A stretch of DNA of 41,844 nt, taken from an uncultured Pseudomonadota bacterium. GTDB taxonomy: Bacteria > SAR324 > NAC60-12. A program made the translations under genes and the position numbers. Positions within the stretch are counted from its first letter, which is position 1, and each line of letters opens with the position of its first letter. The notes beneath the pieces were generated by a model that had not been told where the DNA came from, ran no database searches, and worked only from the letters and a program-made list of their open reading frames with translations. Shown in pieces: positions 17,444 to 27,700 of this stretch. The stretch is taken from the NCBI GenBank assembly GCA_913020725.1, contig CAJWCD010000010.1:1-41844 (forward strand). The letters run 5' to 3'.

Positions 17444-18949
17444 TCAGAGTGACGCTTTCAGCGCAGTGCTTTGCTCAAGAGCGCGGGTGGCGTACTGCAC
17501 GAGGCGGTCGTGTCCGCAGTCGGAAAAAGCGTCGTAGCGACTCGTGAAGAAGGCGTAAGCGAGTTCGGAAATGCGCCGTAGGTGGTAGGCGACCTTGGCG
17601 GACCAGCGGCTGGCGTTGCCCCGGATGGTGCGGTAGTTCGGACGCTCGATGGCCGCCACAATGGAATAGGCTCGGCGCCCATGAGGCGAGTCGATTTCGA
17701 TGATACCCGCGTTGCCGTTGAGTCCCTTCACGAAGCCCGTTTTATCCCAAATCCGCACGGTTTGGTTGCCCGCGAAGCAGGTGCCGTCCTTGAGGCGGTC
17801 CTTGTTGTCGCTGCGTCCTGAAAGTGAGAGCAGGTGGAGCATCTGCGCGGAGGCTTGTTCGTTCTCAAGGTCGCTGAATCCCGGCCCCAACACACGGCCA
17901 ATCCAGAGTCGGTGGAAGAGCGAACTGAGGTCGGCCATCGAGAGTTTGTTGCGGTAGGTGCGCCCATCCGCAGGAATGTACTCAACCAACCGGAGTTCGC
18001 GGTACATGTTGGTTTCGCGCAACAGGCGTTGGACCTTGTTGGGACCACCGAGTCGTTTGAGGATGACGTTCGTGCTGGCATTGCTGCTGTAACGGATCAT
18101 ACGGGCGAGATGATCCTGGCGGCCCGAAGTGTGTTTCACGCGCTTTCGGACCCGCTCAAGCTGGTAGGCGTGGAGGATGGGCACCTTGATGAGACTGGCG
18201 GCCTTGACACGACGACGTGGACGGATCGCCACCAGTAGTGTTCCGGAGGTTAAATCCTGCACCACCATGAACAACTGATCCTTTCTGGAGACTTTCTTTT
18301 TGGCATAGGTTTCATTCATGTACTCCAAAATACTGGCTTCCAGTGGCGAGGTGTACTGAGCAAGCTGAGAGCGATTGACGCTCACTGGCAGAGCCTGAGG
18401 TTCGTAAACACGCAGGTACTTGGTCGAAACCCAGCCCTGTTCGTCCTCCGAGGTCCGCACCTGCCGCCAGCCGTCTTGCGCGGTGTTGCTCAGGGTGAGG
18501 TGGGTTCCACGAGGCAAAGGACGCAGAATCCCGTGCTGGGTTCCAGGGCCAGCGCGCAGGTTCAGCGAGGCAGAATGCACCACCGCATAGCTGGAGGCTA
18601 CAATGGTAGGAAGTTTCTCCTTGGGCAAAGGATGCAGCAACCGCAATAGCACCCAGCCTTGCACGTCACGCGAAGGTACGACAATGCGAACCCAGCCGCG
18701 CCGCAAGGTTTTCTCGCCGTAAAGCACTACCGCTCCGTGACGCAGCGTGCTGAGGATGCGATGCCGCACGCCCGGCTCTTCGCGGACGTTCAGGTGTGAG
18801 GGCAAGACGGTGGCGGGGCGCGGACGCAGGAAGTCGCTGCCCGCTTCCGCGTGTAGCAAAGCCGTTGGCAGGAGCGCGAAAGCAAGCGCGAGGGTGATCC
18901 GGAGTGAATTCCGCATTGAGGAAAAGTGAGTCGCACCTGCGTTTTCCAC
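17444..18949 (-). CDS. Secreted protein with two bacterial SH3 domains and a class A beta-lactamase-like serine hydrolase (PBP-like) domain
   Basis: Signal peptide; LNVREEPG and LNLRAGPG SH3b repeats; SxxK (AASLIK), SxN (SSN) and KTG motifs. Start may be ATG at 18916. Confidence 0.85.
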   Translation of the reverse strand: MENAGATHFSSMRNSLRITLALAFALLPTALLHAEAGSDFLRPRPATVLPSHLNVREEPGVRHRILSTLRHGAVVLYGEKTLRRGWVRIVVPSRDVQGWVLLRLLHPLPKEKLPTIVASSYAVVHSASLNLRAGPGTQHGILRPLPRGTHLTLSNTAQDGWRQVRTSEDEQGWVSTKYLRVYEPQALPVSVNRSQLAQYTSPLEASILEYMNETYAKKKVSRKDQLFMVVQDLTSGTLLVAIRPRRRVKAASLIKVPILHAYQLERVRKRVKHTSGRQDHLARMIRYSSNASTNVILKRLGGPNKVQRLLRETNMYRELRLVEYIPADGRTYRNKLSMADLSSLFHRLWIGRVLGPGFSDLENEQASAQMLHLLSLSGRSDNKDRLKDGTCFAGNQTVRIWDKTGFVKGLNGNAGIIEIDSPHGRRAYSIVAAIERPNYRTIRGNASRWSAKVAYHLRRISELAYAFFTSRYDAFSDCGHDRLVQYATRALEQSTALKASL

Positions 18950-18958
18950 AGGCTTGGG

Positions 18959-20488
18959 TCAGTTCACGCGCAACGTCCGGAAGGCGTGGAAGTCGCCAGC
19001 GGGATGAAATCGGTAGCCGCTCACCCGTCTGCTGACCAGCGCGAGGTTGTTTCCGTACCAGAGCGGCAGGTGCGGCAGGGCTTCCGCAAGCATCCGCTGC
19101 ACCTGCTGGTAAATCTCCCTGCGTTGGGCACGGTTCTGTTCGTAGCGTCCGGACTCCAGCAATGCGTCCAACTCCAGATTACGGTAACGGGCAAAGTTTC
19201 GTCCACCCTTTTCAGGAGTTTGGCTGGAATGGAAAAAGGCGCGCAGCACATCCGGATCACCTTGAACACGATCTTGCAGCACCGCAAGATCATAATCCCC
19301 TCCCGCTAAAGCGTTCCTGAACTTCCCTGACGACTGCGGGGTGACGTTCACCTCAATACCGACCCGCGCAAGCTGATCGGCAATCAAGCGGGCGAGCCGG
19401 ATTTGCTCCTTGTCGTTGGACGTTGTAAGGCGCAACTGAAAGCGCTGCTCCTCCGTTAAACGAAACCCCGCATCCTCCAACAGCGCTACGGCAGACTCAG
19501 GCGCATAAACAAGGTTCTGGGTTGTCACGTGAAACGCATGTTCAGGCGGGAAAACCCCAGAGGCGAGCCGGGCGTGGTTCTTGGTGAGAAACGCCACCAA
19601 CTCCTCGCGGTGAAGCGCACGGCCAATCGCCTGGCGAACTTGCACTTCCTGCAAGATGGGATGCTCAGTGTTGAAGACAAGATAGCGATAGGTCGCTGCG
19701 ATTTCTTCCAACAGGGTGAACTTGCTTTGGGCGGTAGGAGTCCGGAACTTGGCAAGCTCCTTGATCGGGAAGGCGTTGTTGACAATGTCGATGCTGCCGT
19801 TCAGCAGCCTGCGAATCCGTGTTTCAACCTCCGGAACGATTTGAAAATGCAGTTCTTTCACGTCAGGAGAGCCGTCACGGTAATACCAATGACGTCGAAA
19901 AACGAGCTCTGCGGAATTGTGACTGACCTGCCTGAAGGGTCCGGAGCCGACGAGAACTCCTGATTTGGAGTTGGGGGTGCCCCGGAACTTGAAGATCGGG
20001 ACTTGGAGGGTACTCAAAAACAGCGACTCCGGAAGCGGTTCATGCAGAAAAAAACGCACGGTGCGCTCGTCCTCGACTTCGCAGGAGGCGAGCAGGTCGG
20101 CAAGGCGTTGAAAGCGAGCAGGGGCTGACGGTTCCAGCAGCGCATCAAAAACCGCCTTCACCCGCTCGGCAGTGAATGCCGTGCCATCGTGGAACCAGAC
20201 TCCGGATTTGAGGGTGACGAGGTACTCGGTGTCACGGACCAGTTCCCAGCGTTCTGCAAGTTGGGGCACCCACTGGAGCGCTTCGTTTTGGGTGACGAGG
20301 CTTTCGTAGATGAGTTCAGTGAGGTGCCGCTCACCCGGACTGACAGCGAAGCGGGGATCGAGCGTTTGGGGTGCCGTGCCCAAGGCAATGGTCAGCCGCG
20401 TGGGCTGGGCGTGGGCAGGGAGGTGGATCAGCCCCAATCCTCCCAGCAAGAATGCGCACAGTAGGAGCGGCTGGAAGGAACGGAACAT
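18959..20488 (-). CDS. ABC transporter substrate-binding protein, family 5 (peptide/nickel type)
   Basis: TLDP, IYESLV, PQLAERW, FHDGTAFTAE, GSGPF and VRQAI motifs. Signal peptide begins at ATG 20488. Confidence 0.9.
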   Translation of the reverse strand: MFRSFQPLLLCAFLLGGLGLIHLPAHAQPTRLTIALGTAPQTLDPRFAVSPGERHLTELIYESLVTQNEALQWVPQLAERWELVRDTEYLVTLKSGVWFHDGTAFTAERVKAVFDALLEPSAPARFQRLADLLASCEVEDERTVRFFLHEPLPESLFLSTLQVPIFKFRGTPNSKSGVLVGSGPFRQVSHNSAELVFRRHWYYRDGSPDVKELHFQIVPEVETRIRRLLNGSIDIVNNAFPIKELAKFRTPTAQSKFTLLEEIAATYRYLVFNTEHPILQEVQVRQAIGRALHREELVAFLTKNHARLASGVFPPEHAFHVTTQNLVYAPESAVALLEDAGFRLTEEQRFQLRLTTSNDKEQIRLARLIADQLARVGIEVNVTPQSSGKFRNALAGGDYDLAVLQDRVQGDPDVLRAFFHSSQTPEKGGRNFARYRNLELDALLESGRYEQNRAQRREIYQQVQRMLAEALPHLPLWYGNNLALVSRRVSGYRFHPAGDFHAFRTLRVN

Positions 20489-20701
20489 GAGAAAACGCCG
20501 AGGTTCTTGATGGGGCGTGGCGGGTGCCCGGATACGCGCCTCAGGCGTCGGCTTTGGCCTTCGCATTGCGCCGGAGGTGCCCGAGGAAGACAATTCCGGG
20601 ACAGGCAACCATGCCAAAGACGAGTACGGTGAAAATGATGGTCCAACTCATGAGCGCTTTTTAGTGCAAGGGGTCAGTTAATGCTCCGCAGTTTAGCAGA
20701 T

Positions 20702-21841
20702 TCAGCGTTTCATGGCGACCACAAAGGTGCCTTCAAAGCGTTTATCTTTTTGAATCAGCAAGCGTTTGAGGGCTTCGGCCTCTTTTTTGGACGCAAATCC
20801 TCCCGCGCGGATTTTCTTGTAGCGGATCTTCTGGTCCGCCCGTTGCGCCTCAAAGACGATGTTGCTGCCGTAGGCTTGGTTGAGGTAGGTCTTCACCCGG
20901 TTGGCCTTGTCCAAATCAGGATAGAGTCCTAGCGAGACCACATAGCCTCGTTTGGTGGCTTTGCGGTAGGCCACCCCCACCAAGCGGCTTTTCTTGTTGA
21001 TGTGTTCGACCAACTGAGCGGCGTCTTCCTCCCGGAGCGTGTTCGCCGTGGTGATCTCGGTCATCGGCGCATTCTCCATGGCAGGCTCCACCTTGGACGC
21101 ATACCCGAAGCGCTTGAGCAAGAACTGGTAATCTTCGACGCATTCCTTGTGGATACAGGTTGCCACCTGAACGTAGTAACGAATTTTGGGCTTCGGCTTG
21201 GATTTGGGCTTCGGCTGCGCGGGTTCGGGTTCAAAGACCGGTTCCGGCTCGAACTCAGGCTCCGCAAGCGGAGTTACCGAAATGATCGGTTCTGGCATCG
21301 GTGCTTCCAGCACCACCTGTTCCGGAATGGGCGGTTCATCCGGAGCATTGAGCAGCATGAGCAGAACCACAGTGATCGCGCCTAAGACCATGCCCACCAC
21401 AGCGGAGATGAGCGCTGGAATCAGCAGCGGCTTGAGACGTTTCTCGCCGTCTCCGGCTTGCTTTTTTTCCTTCTGCTTTTTTTTCTTCTCCTTGGCGGGT
21501 TTTTCGTCTTCGTCTACGTCTACGGCAGCAGCGGCAACGGCAGCAGCGGCAACAGGGGCAGCGGCAGTCGCAGCACCCCCCATGTCGGAGTCGCCCTCGT
21601 CGTCCTCATCGTCGAGGTCATCGTGAGCCTCCGGGGCTGGAGCCTCATCGAGGTCATCGTCCGCTACGGGTTCCGCCTCTTGCACTTCGAGGTCGTCAAT
21701 CGTGGAAAGGTCCTCGAAGAAGGAATCGAGTTCGCTGTCGCTCTCGTCCCCTTCGCCCTCCATGAAGCTGTCGAGTTGGTCTCCGAAATCGTCTCCGAAA
21801 TCGTCAAGCCCCTCTAGGCCCTCCATTTCTTCGTCTGCCAT
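20702..21841 (-). CDS. Membrane-anchored SPOR-domain-like protein with highly acidic N-terminal region
   Basis: Asp/Glu-rich N-terminus, Lys-rich patch, one TM helix, Pro/Glu linker, then SPOR-like repeats (YYVQVA, YVVSLGLY, IRAGGFASKKEAEAL). Confidence 0.7.
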   Translation of the reverse strand: MADEEMEGLEGLDDFGDDFGDQLDSFMEGEGDESDSELDSFFEDLSTIDDLEVQEAEPVADDDLDEAPAPEAHDDLDDEDDEGDSDMGGAATAAAPVAAAAVAAAAVDVDEDEKPAKEKKKKQKEKKQAGDGEKRLKPLLIPALISAVVGMVLGAITVVLLMLLNAPDEPPIPEQVVLEAPMPEPIISVTPLAEPEFEPEPVFEPEPAQPKPKSKPKPKIRYYVQVATCIHKECVEDYQFLLKRFGYASKVEPAMENAPMTEITTANTLREEDAAQLVEHINKKSRLVGVAYRKATKRGYVVSLGLYPDLDKANRVKTYLNQAYGSNIVFEAQRADQKIRYKKIRAGGFASKKEAEALKRLLIQKDKRFEGTFVVAMKR

Positions 21842-21940
21842 GCCTTACTGTACGATGCGCGGGTTTCTGCGGAGCCGTTCGGATGAAGATGGCGTGCGTG
21901 CCGTGCTTGGCGCTAGGTTTTTCCGAAACACAGACCGGAT

Positions 21941-22732
21941 TCAGTCCGCCTTCGGCGATTTAACGTTGCGTAAATGGATACGGGATAAACCGTGCAAAGT
22001 CAAATCATCCCGGTGAATCAGTTTGGGCAACACCGGAATCAGCCGGGTAATCAAGCCTCCGGTGGCGATGATTTTTGGTTCCGAAGAACTGGTTGCGAGC
22101 AGCTCTTCACGGATGCGATCCAGCAAAGCGGTGATCATGGCCGCGTGTCCATGAAACAGTCCGGATTGGATGCTGGCTGCCGTGTTGCGGCCGATTACTT
22201 TTTCCGGCAATTCAAGGTTGACCTGATGAAGTTGGGCGGCGCGGGAAAACAACGCTTCCGCAGAAATCTCAAGTCCTGGGCAAATGATGCCTCCCAGAAA
22301 ATCACCGTCCTCCGTGACCACCTCCAGCTTGGTGGCGGTTCCGCAATCGATGACCACCAGTGCGGTGCCGTATTCCAAATAGGCCGCCACGGCATTGGCG
22401 ATGCGGTCCTGCCCGACTTGTTCTGGAGCGTCGGTCGCAATGCGAATGCCCAAATCGAGATCGTGCCGGACGATCAGCGGCGCTCTGCCGATGAGTTGCT
22501 GAATCAGCCCCTCAAATACCAGCGAGAGCTTGGGCACCACCGAACCCTGCACCGCCCCCTGAAACTGGCCCGGATGAAACCCACCCGCCGCGAGCAGGTT
22601 ACGGACGCGCATGAGGTATTCGTCCAAGCTGCCGTCCGAATCGCTGTGCAGCCGCCAACTGTGCAACAACCGTCCTGAGTCAAACGCACCCATCACGACA
22701 TTGCTGTTGCCAATGTCAAACGCTAGGATCAT
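21941..22732 (-). CDS. coaX: Type III pantothenate kinase
   Basis: DIGNSN, VGQDR, IDCGTAT, GGIICPG and ATGG motifs. ATG at 22732 overlaps the birA stop (ATGA). Confidence 0.95.
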   Translation of the reverse strand: MILAFDIGNSNVVMGAFDSGRLLHSWRLHSDSDGSLDEYLMRVRNLLAAGGFHPGQFQGAVQGSVVPKLSLVFEGLIQQLIGRAPLIVRHDLDLGIRIATDAPEQVGQDRIANAVAAYLEYGTALVVIDCGTATKLEVVTEDGDFLGGIICPGLEISAEALFSRAAQLHQVNLELPEKVIGRNTAASIQSGLFHGHAAMITALLDRIREELLATSSSEPKIIATGGLITRLIPVLPKLIHRDDLTLHGLSRIHLRNVKSPKAD

Positions 22733-23502
22733 TCTTCCTTGTTCGTCCACTCCACATCCCCGGAGATGTGCGAAATCACCTCCCCGCTGGTCAACTCCAA
22801 AAGTAACGCACCTTCCGGACCAATTCCCGCAACCACTCCCGTTTTCCAACCCTCTTGCTGTTCAAAGCGGACGGCATTGCCCAGCATCCCGGAGCGTTGC
22901 AGCCACTCCTCGCGTAGCGTGGCCATCCCTTGCTCCCGGAATTGGCGGTCCACGGCGTCGAGTGCCTGAAGCACTTGGGGCAGCAGCGTTTCCGGAGTCA
23001 CCTCCTTAGCACCGCTGGCAGCCACAGTGGTGATCATGCTCCAGAGTTCCGCCGGAAATTCCTGCGGTTGCCCCAACACGTTGATGCCGATGCCAAGGAT
23101 GAGGGCTAGACGGTTGCCTTGCTTGGTCCAGACGCTCTCCGCGAGGATGCCGCACACCTTGCGGTTGCCGATCAGCACATCATTGGGCCACTTCAACCGA
23201 GGAGCAACACCAAGCACTTCCAGACTGCGGACCACGGCGATTCCCGACCAGAGTGCGTAGAGCGTCAATTGCGCTTGCGGACATTCCGGATGCAACACCA
23301 GCGAAAAGGTGAGGTTCTTGCCCGGAAGCGACCAATACAAACGTCCCCTGCGCCCGCGTCCTGCCGTTTGGTGCGACGTCACCACCACCTGTCCGGCCTC
23401 GTCCAAAAGCTCCGGATGCTCCTTCAGGTAGGTGTTCGTCGAGGGCAACTCCAGGAACCAGCGCACCGGATGCCCCTCGATTTCAAATTTTTCAAAGCTC
23501 AT
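22729..23502 (-). CDS. birA: Biotin-[acetyl-CoA-carboxylase] ligase without N-terminal HTH
   Basis: STN, QTAGRGRRGR, KWPND, KVCGIL and GIGIN motifs. Confidence 0.95.
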   Translation of the reverse strand: MSFEKFEIEGHPVRWFLELPSTNTYLKEHPELLDEAGQVVVTSHQTAGRGRRGRLYWSLPGKNLTFSLVLHPECPQAQLTLYALWSGIAVVRSLEVLGVAPRLKWPNDVLIGNRKVCGILAESVWTKQGNRLALILGIGINVLGQPQEFPAELWSMITTVAASGAKEVTPETLLPQVLQALDAVDRQFREQGMATLREEWLQRSGMLGNAVRFEQQEGWKTGVVAGIGPEGALLLELTSGEVISHISGDVEWTNKEE

Positions 23503-23515
23503 CGGCAGGACATTG

Positions 23516-24733
23516 CTACCTCAGCGTGAACTCGTGGATGGTCAAGGAGTTTGGTTTCACCATGCCGTCCTTCTCCCGCTCCACAGAAACCACTGCCCGT
23601 ACTTCAGCCTGCACTCCGTCCACCTCGGCTTTGAGCCAGATGTCATACCAGCGGCTGAAATAGAGGAAAAATTCATTGGCTACAACAGGCAATCCCTGAG
23701 TCGTGGGAGAGGATTCCAATTTACGACTAATGTCGCTTTTGTTCTTGTACTCTTCCCGACTGTCGAACGGTAGCTTAGCAGGGACCAGCACACCTCCAAT
23801 TTCCTGAGCCTGATCAACATACTTGTATTTTGCACCATTGACATCCTCAATGGATTTACGTATCCGCCCGATGAATTTTTGGATTTCCTCAGCTTCTGCC
23901 AAATTGACGTTGATGCGGGGAGAGCCGGAGTCATTCTGCGCGAAGGACACCCCCAACACTCCCACTGCGTGGACGGTAAAGTGTTGCTCCCACTCAAAGT
24001 TCTTGGTCTCCTGATCCTCAAGGTTCGCTCCAATGACAAGCAACAACTCTTGCAGGTCATCGAAAAACGCATTCTTTGGTGCAATCACGCCAAAAGTAAT
24101 ATCCTGAAACCCTTGCTCATTACCACCGAGAGGGTGCCGATCCTCGTCCTCGTCGATCCAGTCGTGCAGCAGTGCAAAAACCTGTTCTGAACTTGTGGGA
24201 GCCAGTTGATACTCGTCTTCCAACAGGGTGATGAACTCCTCCCGGATTTTATCTTCAGCAGGGGTACCGGGAACCGTATTCAACCGATTGAGGTTGAAGA
24301 GATGATCAATGGGCCGGACGTAAGGCGTGTAGAAAATCGCATTGGGAAAACTCTCAGCAAGACCGGGGGTAGCATAGCTGATCAATTCTGGAGGGAGTCC
24401 GATGGGTCGCGGCGGGTTCAGAACCGTGTAGTTGCCCTTGGTGAGGTCATTGACGAAATCGACGAAAACACGAAGCTGCTTGAAGAACTCGACTTCGCTC
24501 AGCGGTTTTCGATTTGGTGGCCTCCCCTCCAAGCCGACCAACACGGCTTTGAAGAGCGACTTGACGGCGTTGCGGGCTTGAAAGGAGGCTTGAAAATTCT
24601 GGAGGCTGCGGGTTTCAAGGGTCGTCTCGAAGGTGAACTCCGTGAGAAAAACCGCCAGCAGGGCGAGGACGACGAGGGTGACGAGCAGGGCGATCCCGGA
24701 GCGAGAGCGGAGACGGGTAGCGTAGGCAACCAC
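23516..24733 (-). CDS. gspK: Type II secretion system minor pseudopilin GspK-like protein
   Basis: Prepilin-type RSRSG|IALLVTLVVLALL, FNLNRL, DWIDED, KNAFFDDLQELLLV and RINVNLA motifs. Confidence 0.82.
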   Translation of the reverse strand: MVAYATRLRSRSGIALLVTLVVLALLAVFLTEFTFETTLETRSLQNFQASFQARNAVKSLFKAVLVGLEGRPPNRKPLSEVEFFKQLRVFVDFVNDLTKGNYTVLNPPRPIGLPPELISYATPGLAESFPNAIFYTPYVRPIDHLFNLNRLNTVPGTPAEDKIREEFITLLEDEYQLAPTSSEQVFALLHDWIDEDEDRHPLGGNEQGFQDITFGVIAPKNAFFDDLQELLLVIGANLEDQETKNFEWEQHFTVHAVGVLGVSFAQNDSGSPRINVNLAEAEEIQKFIGRIRKSIEDVNGAKYKYVDQAQEIGGVLVPAKLPFDSREEYKNKSDISRKLESSPTTQGLPVVANEFFLYFSRWYDIWLKAEVDGVQAEVRAVVSVEREKDGMVKPNSLTIHEFTLR

Positions 24734-24770
24734 GGGAGCATCCGGGGGTCGGGGGTGCCCCCGTGCGGAA

Positions 24771-27700
24771 TCAGGAGCAGCCGCTGGTGGCCCCGCAAGA
24801 CGCGCATTTCAGGCAGGAACCGTTGCGGACCATCGTGAACTGACCGCAGGTGGTGCAAGACTCACCCTCGTAGCCCTTCATGCGGGCTTCCTGCACCAAG
24901 TTAGCCTGCGAACGCCCAACCGCCTGCCACGTTGCTCCACCGCTTTCGTCGGCATAGCTCAACTTGGCCGTGCTGCTGGCGCCAAGCACCGCGACATCAA
25001 CATCCTCAATGCCAGAGCCTCCAAAATTCGCCGCCGCAAAGCTTGAGTCTTCCTGCTCCTCCAGAAACTTCTCGGACTCCTGCTTGCTGAGGGTGCGTTC
25101 CGAAATGACCTGCTCGCCTTCAAACTCCGGCTCGCTCTGCCCCTTGAGGTGGGTTTCACTCGCTCGCAAGTCGTCTGGAGAGACGTGCGCAAGGTCGTGG
25201 CGACCGAGGTAGTTGATGGCGAGTTCGCGGAAGATGTAGTCAATGATTGACGTGCTCATCTTGATGGTGTCGTTGCCCTGCACCATGCCGTTTGGCTCAA
25301 AGCGCGTAAACACGAAGGCGTCCACGAATTCCTCCAGCGGAACCCCGTGCTGCAAGCCCAGCGAAATGGCGATGGCGAAGCAGTTCATCAGGCTCCGGAA
25401 GGCTGCGCCTTCCTTGTGCATGTCCACAAAGATTTCGCCGAGTGTGCCGTCCTGATAGTCTCCGGTGCGCAGGTAGAGTTTATGCCCGCCGATGACGGCT
25501 TTCTGCGTGTAGCCTTTGCGGCGGTGTGGCAGGCGGCGACGTTTGGCAAGGTAGCGGTGGATGATTTTTTCCGCCACGCGCACTTGCGGGGACTGCGTGG
25601 GCAATAACTCCTCATCCTCCAAGTTGTCCCACACTTCGTCTGCAAGTCCGGTGTTGAGCGGCTGGCTGAGTTTGGAACCGTCGCGGTAGAGCGCGTTGCA
25701 CTTGAGCGCGAGTTTCCACGACATCTGGTAGGCGTCCTTGATGTCCGAAACATCCGCGTGGCTCGGCAGGTTGATCGTTTTGGAAATGGATCCGGAAATA
25801 AACGGCTGGGCCGCCGCCATCATGCGAATGTGCGCTTCCGGAGCGATGTAGCGTTGTCCGCGCTTGCCGCACTTGTTTGCGCAGTCGAAAACCGAGTAGT
25901 GTTCCGGCTTGAGATACGGGGCCCCTTCAACGGTCATGGTGCCACAAATCGCATCGTTTGCCGCCTCGATTTCCTTGTCACTGAAGCCCAAATGTCGCAG
26001 GAGGCTGAACTGGTAATCGCTCAACTGCTCTTCGCTGAGGCCCAGTCCGTTCTTGCAAAACTCGTCGCCAAGCGTCCAGCGGTTGAACACAAACGAAATG
26101 TCAAATGCAACGGGCAGTTGGGCTTCCACACTCGCCAGCGCCTCGTCCGTGAAACCCTTCTCGCACAAGGATTCGGAGTTGATGCACGGGGTGCCTTTGA
26201 GGGTGCCGCGTCCCTTGACGTAATGGGTGATGTCCTGCACCTCGGATTCGCTGTATCCCAGCTTGCGGAGTGCCGGAGGAATGGATTGGTTGATGATCTT
26301 GAAGTAACCGCCCCCGGCGAGTTTCTTGAACTTCACGAGTGCAAAATCGGGTTCGATTCCGGTGGTGTCGCAATCCATCAACAAACCGATGGTGCCGGTC
26401 GGTGCGATCACTGTGACCTGCGCGTTCCGGAAGCCATGCTTTTCGCCCAGCTTGAGGGCACGGTCAGAATCCTCCTGCGCAGCCCGCAGCAAATCAGGGG
26501 GACAGTGTTGGCTGTCAATGCCCATTGGCTTCATCATCAACCCCTCGTACTCACTGTCGGCCACCCGGAAGGCGGCACGGCGGTGGTTGCGTAGCACACG
26601 CAGCATGGATGCTCGGTTACGTTCGTAGCCAGGGAACGAACCAAGTTCCTTGGACATTTCCGCCGAAGTTGCATAGGACGTTGTGTGCATGATCGCCGTG
26701 ATCGCCCCGCAGATGGCCAGCGCCTGCGGCGAGTCATACGAAATGCCGTTGACCATCAGGTAGGTGCCGAGGTTCGCATAACCAAGTCCGAGCGTCCGGA
26801 ATTCGTAGGACAGTTCGGCGATGCGCTTACTCGGAAACTGCGCCATCAACACACTGATTTCCAACACAATCGTCCAAAGTCGAGTGCCGTGACGGAATTT
26901 CTCGATGTCCAGCTCTCCAGTTTCCGGATCCCGGAATTTGAGCAGATTCAACGACGCGAGGTTGCAGGCTGTGTCATCAAGGAACATGTACTCGCTGCAA
27001 GGGTTTGAAGCCCGAATCGGGCCATCGGCGGGGCAGGTGTGCCACTCGTTGATGGTGCTGTCAAACTGCAAGCCCGGGTCGGCAGAAGCCCACGCCGCAT
27101 AGGTGATCTGCTCCCAGAGTTCCTGTGCCCGCAACACTTTGCAGGGCTGGGGATCGCGTTCCCCGTTGCTGGCTTTCACCTTCTCAGTGCGCCAGTAGAG
27201 TGGCCAGTCACCGTCCGACTCGACCGACTGCATGAACTCGTTGCTCACGCGGATCGAGTTGTTCGCATTCTGTCCGGAAACGGTCTGGTACGCCTCGGAG
27301 TTCCAATCGGTGTCGTACTCGTCAAAGGCCACGCTGGTGTAGCCCTGCTTGGCGAGATGGATGATGCGCTCAACGTAACTGAAGGGCATTTGTGCCCGCT
27401 GTGCCGCTTTGATCACCTTGCGGAGGTCACGGTTCTTTTTCGGATCAAATTTTTCCGAATCGTCACTCCAACCGTGAATGGCGGCGAACAGTTCGTTGAT
27501 CAACTCTCGGAGCTTCTTTGATCCAGCCACCAGCGCGGCGACCTTTTGCTCCTCCTTCACCTTCCAGTTGACGAATTTTTCAATGTCCGGATGATCCACG
27601 TCAAGGCAGACCATTTTCGCAGCGCGGCGCGTGGTGCCTCCAGATTTGATCGAACCGGCAGCGACATCGCCGATCTTAAGGAAGGACATCAACCCGGAAG

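Noticed and set aside
21180..21620. Short tandem repeats (GGCTTC/GGTTC and GCAGCGGCA runs) as a possible repeat array
   Set aside because: They encode the PEPE/PKPK linker and Ala run of the SPOR-like protein and have no repeat-spacer structure.
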